Shown piece after piece: positions 50,820-63,182 of a stretch of 64,000 nt of DNA. The notes below the pieces were generated by a model, which made no database searches, had not been told where the DNA came from, and saw only the letters and a program-made list of their open reading frames with translations. The stretch is from Octopus vulgaris (Eukaryota), in the NCBI GenBank assembly GCA_951406725.2, contig OX597814.1, positions 214,086,001 to 214,150,000 of the forward strand. Reading direction: 5' to 3'. Numbering within the stretch: position 1 is the stretch's first letter; each line of letters opens with the position of its first letter. The position numbers and the translations under genes were made by a program.

Positions 50820-51600
50820 TGTAGCAAATATGTTAACAAATCCAGACTTGTTTCAGTTTTATTAGACCTCTTCAGCAAAGTCATTAATGTTCCTCCATAG
50901 ACCAATAGAGATAGGCAGCTATTTGTATCTCACATTTTCTGATGTAACAATCCATACTAAGTTTGATGGAAATGACTCAGGGATACATAATTGCAATATG
51001 AAAATAAATAGGAAGTGCTAATACAACCTAATATGGGGAGCATAATTTGAAGTAATATATTCATATTAAGGAGACTATGCCCATATCAAGGAAAGGTAAT
51101 TATTGTTGAACAATGATTAGCTAAACCAACAAAAGGCAATAGCAATAATTCAATCAAAGTTTTTAGTTCTTCAAATCAGTTTAAGTTCTATATTTCTAAT
51201 TAATTTAAATTGAAAATGTGTAATGTGATAGTTCCATTGCTCTACTATCAAATCTACATTGTCTTTCATCAATTCATTTGACTATATTGATACCTTTATT
51301 TGACTTTGACCTAAGTAAGAGTTTCAGAAAAGCATGAAGCTACAATTGGGAAAAGAAAAGAAACTTTAATCTTAGATTAATATTAAATATGATTTATAAC
51401 CATTTTAATTTTATCGATATGACGTCTGTCTAATTAGCTAAAGCTGCCCGTCAAGTGTCATACTTAATATTTAGAATTAATCTAAGATTATAAGCATTGA
51501 AAATGTTTCTTGGGATGATTGGTCTGTTATGTCATACCCTGAACAACAATATAGAATTTTTTACTCGGTGCCAATTTTTATGTCTGATGGATAATGACTC
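50820..51600 (-). mobile_element. Highly decayed Penelope-like element (GIY-YIG relic plus HHR)
   Basis: Minus strand RLILNIKYDT*RAA../IRQTSYR resembles GxIYxIxCxxC..YIGQT. LIVE/AMEL follows, then CUGAAGA-GGU..ACU-GAAA-CAAG-UC at 50841-50880. Many substitutions are needed. Confidence 0.4.
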
Positions 51601-51793
51601 TGGTTTATTGAGCTGACAAATGGAATTGGTTAGTCTCCATTATGTTTCTTGAGTACAATAATGATATATATTTAATTAAATGATAGGACTCCAATACTAA
51701 GTTGTAAATTTAGATCTCCAAGAGCATACCATAACTCTTTGGATGTAAGGTCTGCACCAAGAGCATACCATACCTCTTAACTCTAACTTTATA

Positions 51794-51945
51794 CCATTTT
51801 TAGCATGTATAAGGAACACTTTTTTGTCAAAAACTAGGTTAAAAAAATATAGGAGTTTCTTATACATGGATAGTATTGTAATTCCTTACAAAACCTTTTT
51901 TAAACCCCAAAAATTAGGGGGTTCCTTATACATGTTAAAATTTGG
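51794..51945. mobile_element. TA-flanked Tc1/pogo-type MITE
   Basis: Imperfect TIRs CCATTTTTAGCATGTATAAGGAAC / GTTCCTTATACATGTTAAAATTTGG with TA on both sides. Confidence 0.75.
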
Positions 51946-52349
51946 TACTTTCAATCTGCTACTGGACTCTATCATTCTTTGCTTGACTTGTAGCTTTCTT
52001 AAGGATTTGCCTTACATTCTTACTTTTTATTGCAATCAGAAGAAGGGCATTAAATTATGTTAATAATTCTTCTACAAACTATTTAAGTGAACTTCAAGAG
52101 CTAAAATAAATTGGTTAGAACAGGATTTCTCAACCAAATGTCACTGTCATATACAAGGTATTTTTTTTATTTCCAATCGTCCATGAAAACATCCTGCCAT
52201 GAGGAAATATCTTGCCTAGAAACAGGTGAAGTTTAGTTACAGGAAGGGCATCCAACTATAGAAAACCTGCCTCAATAAATTCTTCTATCTGACCCATGCA
52301 AGTGTGAAAAAGCGGGTGTTTAAATGATGATAATATTTATTTTATATAA

Positions 52350-52760
52350 ATCAAAATCAAAAATCAAAATCGATCAACACAAATGGAAATTGTAGCTGTG
52401 ATACCAGTGCCGGTGGCACATAAAAGAACCATCCGAACGTGGCCGTTGCCATGGCCGCCCCGACTGGCTTCCGTGCCAGTGGCACATAAAAAGCACCATC
52501 CGATCGTGGCCGTTGCCAGCCTGGCCAGGCCTCCATGCCGGTGGCACGTAAAAAGCACCATCCGATCGTGGGCGTTTGCCAGCCTCGTCTGGCACGTAAA
52601 AAGCACCCACTACACTCACGGAGTGGTTGGTGTTAGGAAGGGCATCCAGCTGTAGAAACATTGCCAGATCAGACTGGGCCTGGTGCAGCCTTCTGGCTTC
52701 CCAGACCCCAGTTGCACCATCCAACCCATGGAAAGCGGACGCTAAACGATGATGATGATG
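52350..52760 (+). mobile_element. Long family D copy
   Basis: (AAATC)n-like leader, four tandem units, core and tail. No tRNA head. Confidence 0.85.
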
Positions 52761-53834
52761 AAATAGTGAAATGGGTATGTTTTTTAATCTAAAAGTCTCC
52801 ACCTCTGTTCAAAAGCTATTAGTTTTTAAAAATAGCAAGTTTATTGCATTAAGCACTTGAAGAAAAAGAAAAAAACGTTTCTTTTCTTCATTAATGTAAA
52901 GTATTAAGGTTATTTATTTAATAACTTCTATAACTACAACTACTACTATTTACTACTACCACCACCAACAGATTTCATCAAAACACATATTTTTGTTTAT
53001 TCTGTTTATAATAATAAACAATAAAATAGAAATACATGAAAATTTATTATTAGATTTAGTCTTTCAACTCTTCCTGGTTAAAATATGATTCATTTTTGAA
53101 TGACTTGCTGAAACCAGTTGATTTTTAGTCATTGGACTGTGGCAACGATGGGGCTCTGGTTTCAAAAGGTTTTTGTTGTATCTACAACAGGATTTCCTCC
53201 AGTCTTTTACTTATTTGTATTGGTATTTTTACGTTAGTACTTATCAGATTCTCTTTCCTTTGGTTTTTCTTTTGCTTTTTTTTTTTTAACAGTTGGTGTT
53301 GTTACATGCAAATTTTGAGCAGTTCAGCTTAGCAGTTCGGCCCGTCACTTAGCAGTTCAGCAAAAAGAGACCGATAGAATAAGTACTGGGCTTACAAAAA
53401 GAATAAGACCTGGGGTCAAGTTGCTCGACTAAAGGCGGTGCTCCAGCATGGCCACAGTCAAATGACTGAAACAAGTAAAAGAGTAAAAGAGATTATCATA
53501 TGAAATGTCTTTTTGCATAAATTCCAGATTCTTGCATTCTGAGATCAAATCCTGTTGAGGTCAGCTTTGCCTGTCATCCTCTAGGGATCAATAAACGAAG
53601 CATCTCTCTTGGGCAGTAGACTGGTAAAACTATTAGAATATCAGATGGAATATTTTCTGAGTTCAAATCCTCCTTAGTTCTTGGGTACTCTTTTAGCAAA
53701 GTTCACTCTGGTGCAAGTGTCTGGGCCATATTTCTAGTTTGAGGATATCTACCTAATTGTTTCCTTCCCCATCAGTCTCAGGTGCTTTGTAAAGAGACAT
53801 GAGCATACTCTTCCTTTTAACTAAGCAGTAGCAA

Positions 53835-54212
53835 TAAGAAAAAAACCCAGCACTCAGAGGGCACAAACCTCTGCCAAGGCAACACCAACGTCCTCTCAAC
53901 GATTAGCTAGAGATGATTTTTTAAATGAGAATATCTGAAATAAACTTGATTGCTCTCACAAACAAAAATACTAAAAATGAACTTGACTGCTCTCAAAAAT
54001 TAAGTAAAAGAAAACCGGAAAAATAATCCAGAATCCTTGTCCGGTACCAGACCGATCCCAAAATCTAATGAGTTTGTGCCAATCAGGAGACCAAACAACC
54101 CTGAAAGTTTCATCCAAGTCTATCTACTGGTTCTTGAGATATCTTGTCCACAGACAAACAAACAAACATGACTGAAAACCATACCTCCACCTTTGCTAAG
54201 GTGGAGGTAAAA
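53835..54212 (+). mobile_element. Helentron-associated (DINE-1/HINE-like) element
   Basis: Subterminal ACCTCTGCCAAGG, AAGTTTCATCC motif, (AAAC)n microsatellite and terminal hairpin TACCTCCACCTT-TGCT-AAGGTGGAGGTA, between A runs. Confidence 0.7.
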
Positions 54213-55457
54213 ATGGAGTGTTTGATTTCTTGAATCCAATACAATATCCTCATCATTTTACATCCATTTGTCCATGGATAAGACATACGGTTACATTCTA
54301 TGCCTACTCATGTAGCAGAAACCATGTCAACTTTGGTGTTGCATCTGTGTTAACAATGTACACTGGGTACATTTTACCATGTCACTGGTACTAGAGAGGT
54401 TATCTCCTATAAAGAAACTAAAGGGTCCCCTCAACTTGTTGTTTGAGTTACTGCCCTCTTCTGTAATGCAGCTTTTAGAGCCCTCGTCTTGTTGTTATGT
54501 TCTGCTTTTGGCATGGTCTCTATGCTGGATGCCCTTCATATTACCAACCACATGCACACATACAGAAAGAGAGAGAGAGAGAAAGAAAGAAAGGCTTTGC
54601 AGATTTCACATCTAAATTTCACTCTTAACAAAGTATTGGACAACCCAAGTTTTTAATAAAAGACATCCAAGGTGCCAAGCAGTTGTTCAAAACCATGTTA
54701 AGAAGCAAACTTCTTAATTGCACTACCACACCCATAACAATGTTTATATTAATATCTAACCAGGCAATGCCCCCAGTATGACTACAGTCCAGTATATGAA
54801 GCAAGTAAAAGATATTTTTGTCTTTTGAATTCAGTTGTTCAACTCTTGTTTCAACTTACTGATGTGTGTGCCTGAGTTTACAGAATCATTTAACCAACAG
54901 TCACACTGAAGAATTTAACTGTTATGAAGGAAGGAAAGTATTACTAATGCTTTATGCAACCAATATTATTCAAAGACTGTAGATAAAATTCAGGAATAGA
55001 TCTGCAGTTGATAATAAATGTTGTTGACTAAATAGATTTCTTTTGGTCAATGATAATGGAGTATTGAGGCAAAAGGGATTATAAACATTTATCTACTAAG
55101 TAATGTTGATAAAAAAGTTTCATGATCTATATCATAAGAATGATAGATGGCCTCTCCACACACATGTACCTAATCTCTCTCTCTCTCTCTCATGCTTCTA
55201 TGTATTCTTTCTTTCTTCTGACAAACACGTGTATAACCTTTCTTCTCCCCTTGGACATACATTGTAATCTCTCTCTCTCTCTTTTTTTTTCTCTCTCTCC
55301 TAAAAGCTATTGTTAGTAATAAGATTAAAAGAATTTGTTTCAATTGATGTGTGAGAGTGTGTGTGCGTCTTGTATAATATGAAGTCTCTGGAGTATAAAT
55401 CTTCCACCGAATTCTGTTTGATGCTAAAAATAGGGTAATTCGATAGTGTGATATATA

Positions 55458-55504
<47 letters not shown>

Positions 55505-55573
55505 CTTTTGTATTTACTTCAACTATTTTCATTGAAAATGCTTGTATTAAACTTCTTTCAAGTTTATGAAGCA

Positions 55574-55976
55574 CTAGCAGTATCGCCCGGTGTTGCTCGG
55601 GTTTGTAAGGGAAATAACTATATAAGCATTTTTAGAGAGTTATAGCCAAAAAATAGCAAAAAAATGCATTAAAAATGGGGGGAAAAAATGATGGTAAATT
55701 TTTTTTTAAATCATTGACTCATCTTAGACATTTTTAGAGAGTTACTTCCCTTATATAATAGTGAAAAATGCATTAAAATGGAAAAAAACGATGGTAAATT
55801 TTTTTTTTTAATCGTAGACTCATCATAGACGCGCGCTAATACCCAGAAGGGCTCGATACGAATCACGACTATAAGATACCCGGTTTTGGTTAAACTGCAC
55901 CGCAAAATGTGGGAGTAGTTAGGAATCTAAATCGTAGGAGACAGACAGCACACAACCTCTCTTTTATATATAAAGA
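55574..55976 (-). mobile_element. Non-autonomous Helitron
   Basis: Minus strand starts TC, has an ACCCGAGCAACACCGGG hairpin and ends CTAG. A|T insertion and an internal ~100-bp tandem duplication. Confidence 0.85.
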
Positions 55977-56672
55977 TTTATTTTCTTCTTCTTGAAGACA
56001 GTTGTTATGACTGGGTACCCTTCCTATTTGTCCACCCCTTAACATTGTGGATTAGGTACATTTGTTTGTGCCACCAATACTAGAAGAACCGAACTGCCAG
56101 GACTACAGTGTCTCCTGTTCTGTATCAGTTTCTATTCAGAGTTATTGCACATCTTGTTGAATTGCTTTTGCTGTGGCTCGTGGACTCTGTGATGTTGCTC
56201 CTCTAATGCACTTGAGGCAGGGACATTTTCACATACCGTTGGGTTTCATCAGTGATTAACTAGTGTGACACTGATTGGTTTCAATAGAGCTGAGAAGCCA
56301 TATCACACTCCATGATAGGGATGACCTCGTAGCTATTAAACAAGGTTGCTATGGTAGTCTAAGGTGGTCAGATAAGAATGGTTATCACCATTATGTAGGT
56401 AAGGAATGAGGCTGAGGTGTCAGTCGAAGCAGCTGGGAATGAAGCTGTTTCCAATTACATAGTGAGACGTGGGGGTTGGCAGATTAATGGCAGTTCTATA
56501 AATAAAGGCAAAGAATTGACAGAATCTATCCAAGAATGATTAAATGAGTTTCAGTTGATATGATTAAAATCAATTACATTTTCGGTAGATGATGCACCAG
56601 CATGGTGATAGTTAAATGAAATTAAATGAATTTTTTTTTTGTCTGTAGACTGTTTTAACATATTGCAATGTT

Positions 56673-57090
56673 TTACTCTTTACTCTCTCTTTTACTCTTT
56701 TACTTGTTTCAGTCATTTGACTGCGGCCATGCTGGAGCACCGCCTTTAGTCGAGCAAATCAACCCCGAGACTTATTCTTTGTAAGCCTAGTACTTATTCT
56801 ATCGGTCTCTTTTGCCGAACTGCTAAGTGACGGGGGACGCAAACACACCAGCATCGGTTGTCAAGCAATGCTAGGGGGACAAACACAGACACACACACAC
56901 ACATACACATATATATATATATACATATATACGACAGGCTTCTTTCAGTTTCCGTCTACCTAAATCCACTCACAAGGCATTGGTCGGCCCGGGGCTATAG
57001 CAGAAGACACTTGCCCAAGATGCCATGCAGTGGGACTGAACCCAGAACCATGTGGTTGGTTAGCAAGCTACTTACCACACAGCCACTCCT
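56673..57090 (-). mobile_element. SINE family A
   Basis: Full-length match. Confidence 0.9.
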
Positions 57091-57983
57091 GTTTTTTTTT
57101 TCTTTAAGAATTTCAATGCTTTAACATCTCAGCATTTAAGTAGGCCATGTCCAGCCCAAATATTCTACCTGTTTTATGTTCAAACTGGCCTCTCACACCT
57201 ACACTGCTATGTCATTCTAAAAATAAACAACCATATCATTGAAATCTCAAAGCAACAAGATAATGCATGTTTAATTCCAAACAACATGGATAAGCATTAT
57301 GCTTGGCAGTAATCTGAATGCTTAAAGAGTTAAAGTTTCTAGGTGGCTGCTCCCTTCCTAGGAATTGTAGCATGTCTCTATTGCAAAAAGAAACTTGTCA
57401 CAAATATTTATTAAAATTTATTAAAATATTTGTAAATAATTTTTTAAAATTATTTCTATTCATTTTTCATTAATCTGGAGAAAAGGGATGATGTCTATAT
57501 CCGTTTTAGAATCACCAGATTTTTTTTTTCTTAATGGAATTGCTGCAAGTTGGATTTAATTATTGGAAAGTTATAATTCTGATTAGTTTCGCAAGAAGGC
57601 AGATGTAATGAGGGTAATAGGAAGGAAAATAATAATAGCTTAAGCTACAGTTTAAAAGAACATTAGAGGAAAATATTTAATATTTGATTACACTTTTTTT
57701 CTTTTTAGTTCTTTTTATGCCTTATTTCTGACATTATTTTCCAGCTTAAGTTTTGCAGTTTTAGAACCAATTTAAAATCATTTTTACAATATCCAGTATA
57801 ACTTAATTGAACTAAACCATCCTGAAAATATAATTTATTACATTGCTGGGTGGTTGGTGTTAAGAAGGGCATCCAGCCGGAAAAAATCCTGCCAAAAAAA
57901 GTCACAGAATCCTGGTGCAGACTTATCAAATCGTCTCAACCATGCCAATATGAAAGGCAGGCGTTAAATGATGATGATGATTA

Positions 57984-58277
57984 TTTTACTCTTTTGCTGA
58001 ACCGCTAAGTGACGGGGACGTAAACACACCAGCATCGGTTGTCAAGCAATGCTAGGGGGACAAAGACAGACACACACACACACACACATATATATATACA
58101 TACATACATATATACGACAGGCTTCTTTCAGTTTCCGTCTACCAAATCCACTCACAAGGCATTGGTTGGTCCGGGACTATAGCAGAAGACACTTGCCCAA
58201 GATGCCACGCAGTGGGACTGAACCCGGAACCATGTGGCTGGTTAGCAAGCTACTTACCACACAGCCACTCCTGCGCC
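57984..58277 (-). mobile_element. SINE family A lacking its 3' tail segment
   Basis: Head and body match. Confidence 0.88.
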
Positions 58278-59808
58278 TCTTCAATAATTTAGAATTTAGA
58301 TTTCCTTCTAGCTTATATAGACTGTGGCATGTTTTTTGGGGGGTTGTGTTTTTTCCATATTATAAATTTTCAGCTTTTGGTAACCAACAGTATGTTAACA
58401 ACTGTACTCAGTACTCTAACTTCTGTGAACCATGAACTAAACTGATTCAATAATGGACTTGAATTAATAAGAAGCCAAGCTGTTACATTACACTCACTGA
58501 CCAGCACTTGTACTATTATGTCCACTGAAGCCTGATGGATATGATTAGCGATGTTGCTTTTAGGTGTCATTGTTTAATCACAGTTCCCAGGAGTTTCTCT
58601 CATTGAACATTGATCATTCATTCACCTTTTTTAGCTTCTAATTCATGCTAATATAGCAACTGTGCATCCTTGAAGTGACAAGTAATATATTTCTTTGACT
58701 AACCACCCTCCCCTCAACAGCAAAAGAAATACAGGGTCTGCTTCAGTGGATTAGTAATGAGATTTTATCTGATACAAAGAACTTAATACCTTTCATCTCA
58801 GCTTTTTTTTAAATATATACTTTCTTGCCTTGCTGTACAAAACTTGACCTCTCCTTTTAAAGTATAGATAGCATTAATTGATGGACAGCTTATGTATTTC
58901 AAATGCAGAAGCTTAACTGCAATTTAAACCAAGAATTATAAATAACCCTTTCAACTATAGGCATAAGGCCTGAAATATTGGGGGGGAGGGGAGCTAGTCG
59001 ATTATTACATAGACCCCAGTGCCCAACTGGTACTTTATATTATTGACCCTGAAAGAATGAAAGACAAAGTAAACCTCAGCAGAATTGAAACTCAGAACAT
59101 CTAGACAGACAAAATGCCACTAAACACTTCATCTAGTATACTAACAATTCTGCCAGCTTCCAAGAATTATAAATAACAATAAGAAACTTACCATTCATTA
59201 ACCCTTTTGTTACCATATTTCTGTTTCAATTAATTTTGAAAATCATGAAGTGTTTAGTAAAATGACTTTCTCATTATTAAGCTGGGATCTGGAACAAATT
59301 AGCATAAAATTTTAATGGAATATTATAATTTAGACCACTTTAGAATAGTAAGTTTGTCATAGAACCTGGGTTAGTTCCAGGTGGGTTGGTATTTACTACT
59401 TCTTTGGATGTTTTTTTGATGTTTTTACACTGAACTGAAAAGTACTTTAAGAATATTCAACATTTCCTCAGTTTTGTTGTCCCTTCTCATGAATGTTTTT
59501 GTTGTTGTTGTTGTTTTGATTTCCCTATCAAATTGTTACACTATACCCTTTGCCTGTTTCAATTCTTTTGCTGTACTTAAATGCTTCTTTCAAATATTGC
59601 ACTGTAACTTTCAAGGGCAAGATAGATAGGCCAAAAAAAAAAAAAACTCTAAAAGGGCAAAAATTTATTCATTGACCTTATATTGACCACACATAAATTT
59701 GTCCTTTATCATTAACTAAATTAAGCATTTCTAGTTGGAAATTACAAAAAATATATATAATTTTGACTTAGTGGAGGTGGTCTGAAATTTGTACCACTGA
59801 ACAATATC

Positions 59809-60760
59809 CTACCAATTATCTTTGTGATAATTTTGGAAACATTGCCTCTTTTTACCAATACAGAGAGGAACTTTGCAAATAGAACACTTCCACTCTGTTC
59901 TGATCTGTTTAGCTTTTGAACTGCACAAAGCACACCTCCTTCTAGTTCCTCTTATTGGTTGATGAGCTGACTCTCTCTTTCTAATCTCCAATGAAACATG
60001 AGGCTTTCGCCTTTTAATTTCTATTGAAGGCCCTTTAGTCTTTCTTTTTGGCACAAAATAGATTCTGCTGCTAAGTCATCAGTAACTTCCAATCTGAATG
60101 TTTTCAATGTCATATTGCTGTCCTGTACTTTCTTATTAAAGTACAAAAGCATTTACAATTGCTGCATCAAGAATAAAAAAAAAAAATATTCTGTGCCACC
60201 ATTTGTGACTTTTATGGTTTATTTCTATTTCATAGTTTTTCTTTAGCTGGTCAAACTTATCTACACAATTCATATTCAGGTTGTAATCCTTTATCATAAG
60301 TGGACAGTCTATTTGGAACTTGCTTGCATCCTTTTCTTGCCTTGAAACTTGGCATATTTCAGTAGGATTGTGAAAACTTGAAGTAGGATATACCACTCTC
60401 TTATCTTTCCATTTCACAGCCAAGATTCCATCATAAGAAATAAACCAGTCATGTTCACCTCTTTCCAAGTCTTTGTCATTCTTATAAGATTGAGGAAGTT
60501 TCACCCTTTTCTTATTTACAGTGCCATATGCAAATAATTGATCTCTTTTCAAATCCTTAACTAGGTCATAGCTAGTACAATAGTCATAAAAAACAAAAAC
60601 TTTAGTTGATTTGTTAGTTTTCTAACTACATTCCCACCTACGTCTCTTGCAACTTTACCAGCATTTTTACCTGTATAAATTTCACCATCAATAAAATACC
60701 CTGACTTATCTGCCAGTAAGTACCCAAATTTCAATGACAACTGACTTTTGGCATAAAATG
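59809..60760 (-). pseudogene. piggyBac transposase relic (frameshifted, N-terminally truncated)
   Basis: EIYTGK, GTVNKKR, KWKDKRVV, DYNLNMNCVDKFDQ, KWWHRIFF, DAAIVNAFVL and C-terminal Cys-rich RRRCALC..WKCSICKVPLC..CFQNYH. Confidence 0.92.
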
Positions 60761-61002
60761 GATTCAACTGAGAAAAATATTCCGTTTGTGTCGCAGAAAT
60801 TGTTGCCAGATGTAAGGGTAGCTTCTGATTGGCTGATAGATGAAGTGGTTTGTTTTCTGAGCTACCGTCCATGCAGCGAAAAGAATTTTAAGTTTCGGTA
60901 CGAATTACATACCAGTGCTCATTAAACTGATACTAATAAGTGGTATCACCTAGCTTGAAAGAGTTGATGCCTCTTTCAATTATAGCACTGTACTATTATT
61001 AT

Positions 61003-61305
61003 CACGTGATCATGTGACCGACCAGTCCATCAGATGTAGTTACACATCGCTGGTCACAATGCGTTTGCATTGTTTTAGCCTTCGAATGACGCCACCCCGC
61101 TGGCTAAGCGAGCTGGCCACCAGAAGAAAGAGTAGGAGAAAGAGTGGTAAAAGAGTACAGCAGGGATCACCACCCCCTGCCGGAGACTCGTGGAGCTTTT
61201 AGGTGTTTTCGCTCAATAAACACTCACAACGTCCGGTCTGGGAATCGAAACCGCGATCCTACAACCGCGAGTCCGCTGCCCTAACCACTGGGTCATTGCG
61301 CCTCC
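61003..61305 (-). mobile_element. SINE with family C head and a third type of tail
   Basis: Head as at 160-266. TSD-like ACTATTATTAT at 60992-61002 and 61306-61316. Confidence 0.85.
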
Positions 61306-61489
61306 ACTATTATTATGCCCCCTTCAATTCTAACACTATACTGTGATGGCCCTTTCTTCATTTTCCTCCTAACATTACCCATTCTGTATTACTCACCTCT
61401 ATTCTCTTTCTCTCTCTCACACACACTTAACTGCCTTAGTGTCTCCCCCCTCACAATACCTGAGTAACATAGGTTTGCATCAGTGTGAT

Positions 61490-61726
61490 GCGGAGAGCTG
61501 GCAGAACTGTTAGCACGCTGGGCGAAATGCTTTGCGGTATTTCGTCTGCCGCTGAGTTCTGAGTTCAAATTCCGCCGAGGTCGACTTTGCTTTTCATCCT
61601 TTCGGGGTCGATAAATTAAGTACCAGTTAAGCACTTGGGTCGATGTAATCGACTCGATCCATTTGTCTGTCCTTGTTTGTCCCCTCTGTGTTTGGCCCCT
61701 TGTGGGTAGTAAAGAAATAGGTATTT
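61490..61726 (+). mobile_element. SINE family B
   Basis: Full length; ends GAAATAGGTATTT. Confidence 0.9.
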
Positions 61727-61844
61727 GCTTCATTCTTTGCTGCACCCCAGAATATGCCCTTCCTTCAAACCACCTGTTTATTGACAACTCTCATTCTCTT
61801 AATTTTATCTTTCTATACTGCTTCTGGATCTTTCCTTCTCCTAT

Positions 61845-61879
61845 GTTTCCGATGAAGAGCTCCGCTCGAAACGTTAAAC
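61845..61879 (+). ncRNA. Minimal type I hammerhead motif, copy 1 (core CCGAUGA)
   Basis: GUUU-CCGAUGA-A-GAGC(UCC)GCUC-GAAA-CG-UU-AAAC; U4C variant. Confidence 0.7.
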
Positions 61880-62082
61880 CCTCCTTCTTCCCTTCCTTCC
61901 TGAGCGTCCAATAATACTATACTTGTTCCACGTCCTCGCGTTGTTGTGTTTTCTCTTTGTGTTTTCATGTTTGGATTAACTTTATATATATAAAAAATAT
62001 ATATATATATATATGTGTGTGTGTACCATTGGCGATTTTGTTTCCTCTGTCTTCTCTTCTCTGGATCTTTCCTTTTTCCTAT

Positions 62083-62117
62083 GTTTCTGACGAAGAGCTC
62101 CGCTCGAAACGTTAAAC
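62083..62117 (+). ncRNA. Minimal type I hammerhead motif, copy 2 (intact core)
   Basis: GUUU-CUGACGA-A-GAGC(UCC)GCUC-GAAA-CG-UU-AAAC; palindromic helix III ACGU and a GUU cleavage triplet. Confidence 0.8.
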
Positions 62118-62957
62118 CCTCCTTCTTCCCTTCCTTCCTTCCTGAGCGTCCAATAACACTATACTTGTTCCACGTCCTCGCGTTGTTGTGTTTTCTCTTT
62201 GTGTTTTCATGTTTGGATTAACTTTCTATACTGCTAGCCACCACTTCTCCCACAGGTCACAGGTCATTGACATCTATCTTGCATGCTTACCACCAACCAT
62301 TCCAACAATTATCCACTCACTTTCTTTTCCCCTACTGCCTGCAATTACTGCTTCTCCCTGATGTTGCTGCTCATTTTCAATACTCCCAACACTGTCCCCT
62401 GATCACTCTATCTCTCCCATTATACTCTTCCTTCTCTCTTCCCTCCCACCCTGATACTTCTTCTGCAGTCACCCTCAGCCATGTCCACTCTATTAGTGAT
62501 ATTGAGATAACATAGTGGTGAGAGGCCCTTTTTTTTTTGTCTTGCAGGGTACAAAGTAATCTACTAGTGCCCGTGCCATGCTAAATAGAACACACTTTGA
62601 CAACATTATCTCTGCTCATTAGCCAATCTTTTTACAAAATGTACAAAGAGTCCCTTTAGTCCTGTCTTGTCAAGGGCATACCCCCTTGTGTTGGTGCCAT
62701 GATAAACTTTTCACCAGAACTCTCTCTTCTCTCAGATCACCTCTTTGTTACCCCACCCCCACTCTCCTTCTCTTAAGCACTACTCTGCTCAAGGGAGAGG
62801 GTAAGGCAGTTACATTGACCCCCAGGGCTCAACTATGCTAAAACGAAATGTAGTGGTCAGATATGGTCTCTTGGTCCATCTGAGATGGTAGTAGCCACAA
62901 ATAAGAACTGACTTTGACCATTATAACTCATTCTACTCAGTTCTATATTTAAAAGAT

Positions 62958-63180
62958 AAGGCGGCGAGCTGGCAGAAACGTTAGGGCGCCGGGCGAAATG
63001 CCTTGCGGTATTTCGTTTGCCGCTATGTTCTGTGTTCAAATTCCGCCGAGGTCGACTTTGCCTTTCATCCTTTCAGGGTCGATAAATAAAGTACCAGTTT
63101 TGCACTGGGGTCGATGTAATCGACTTAATCCGTTTGTTTGTCCCCTCTATGTTTAGCCCCTTGTGGGCAGTAAAGAAATA
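62958..63180 (+). mobile_element. SINE family B
   Basis: Full length. Confidence 0.9.
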
Positions 63181-63182
63181 TA

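Larger units (their letters stand above)
61823..62221 (+). mobile_element. Tandem dimer of an HHR-containing unit (retrozyme / Penelope pLTR-like)
   Basis: Direct repeats with a 238-nt period. Flanking duplication CTTTCTATACTGCT at 61809-61822 and 62222-62235. No ORF. Confidence 0.8.

Noticed and set aside
59809-60872. piggyBac ORFs as a domesticated PGBD gene
   Set aside because: Split by frameshifts and stops, with the N-terminus missing.
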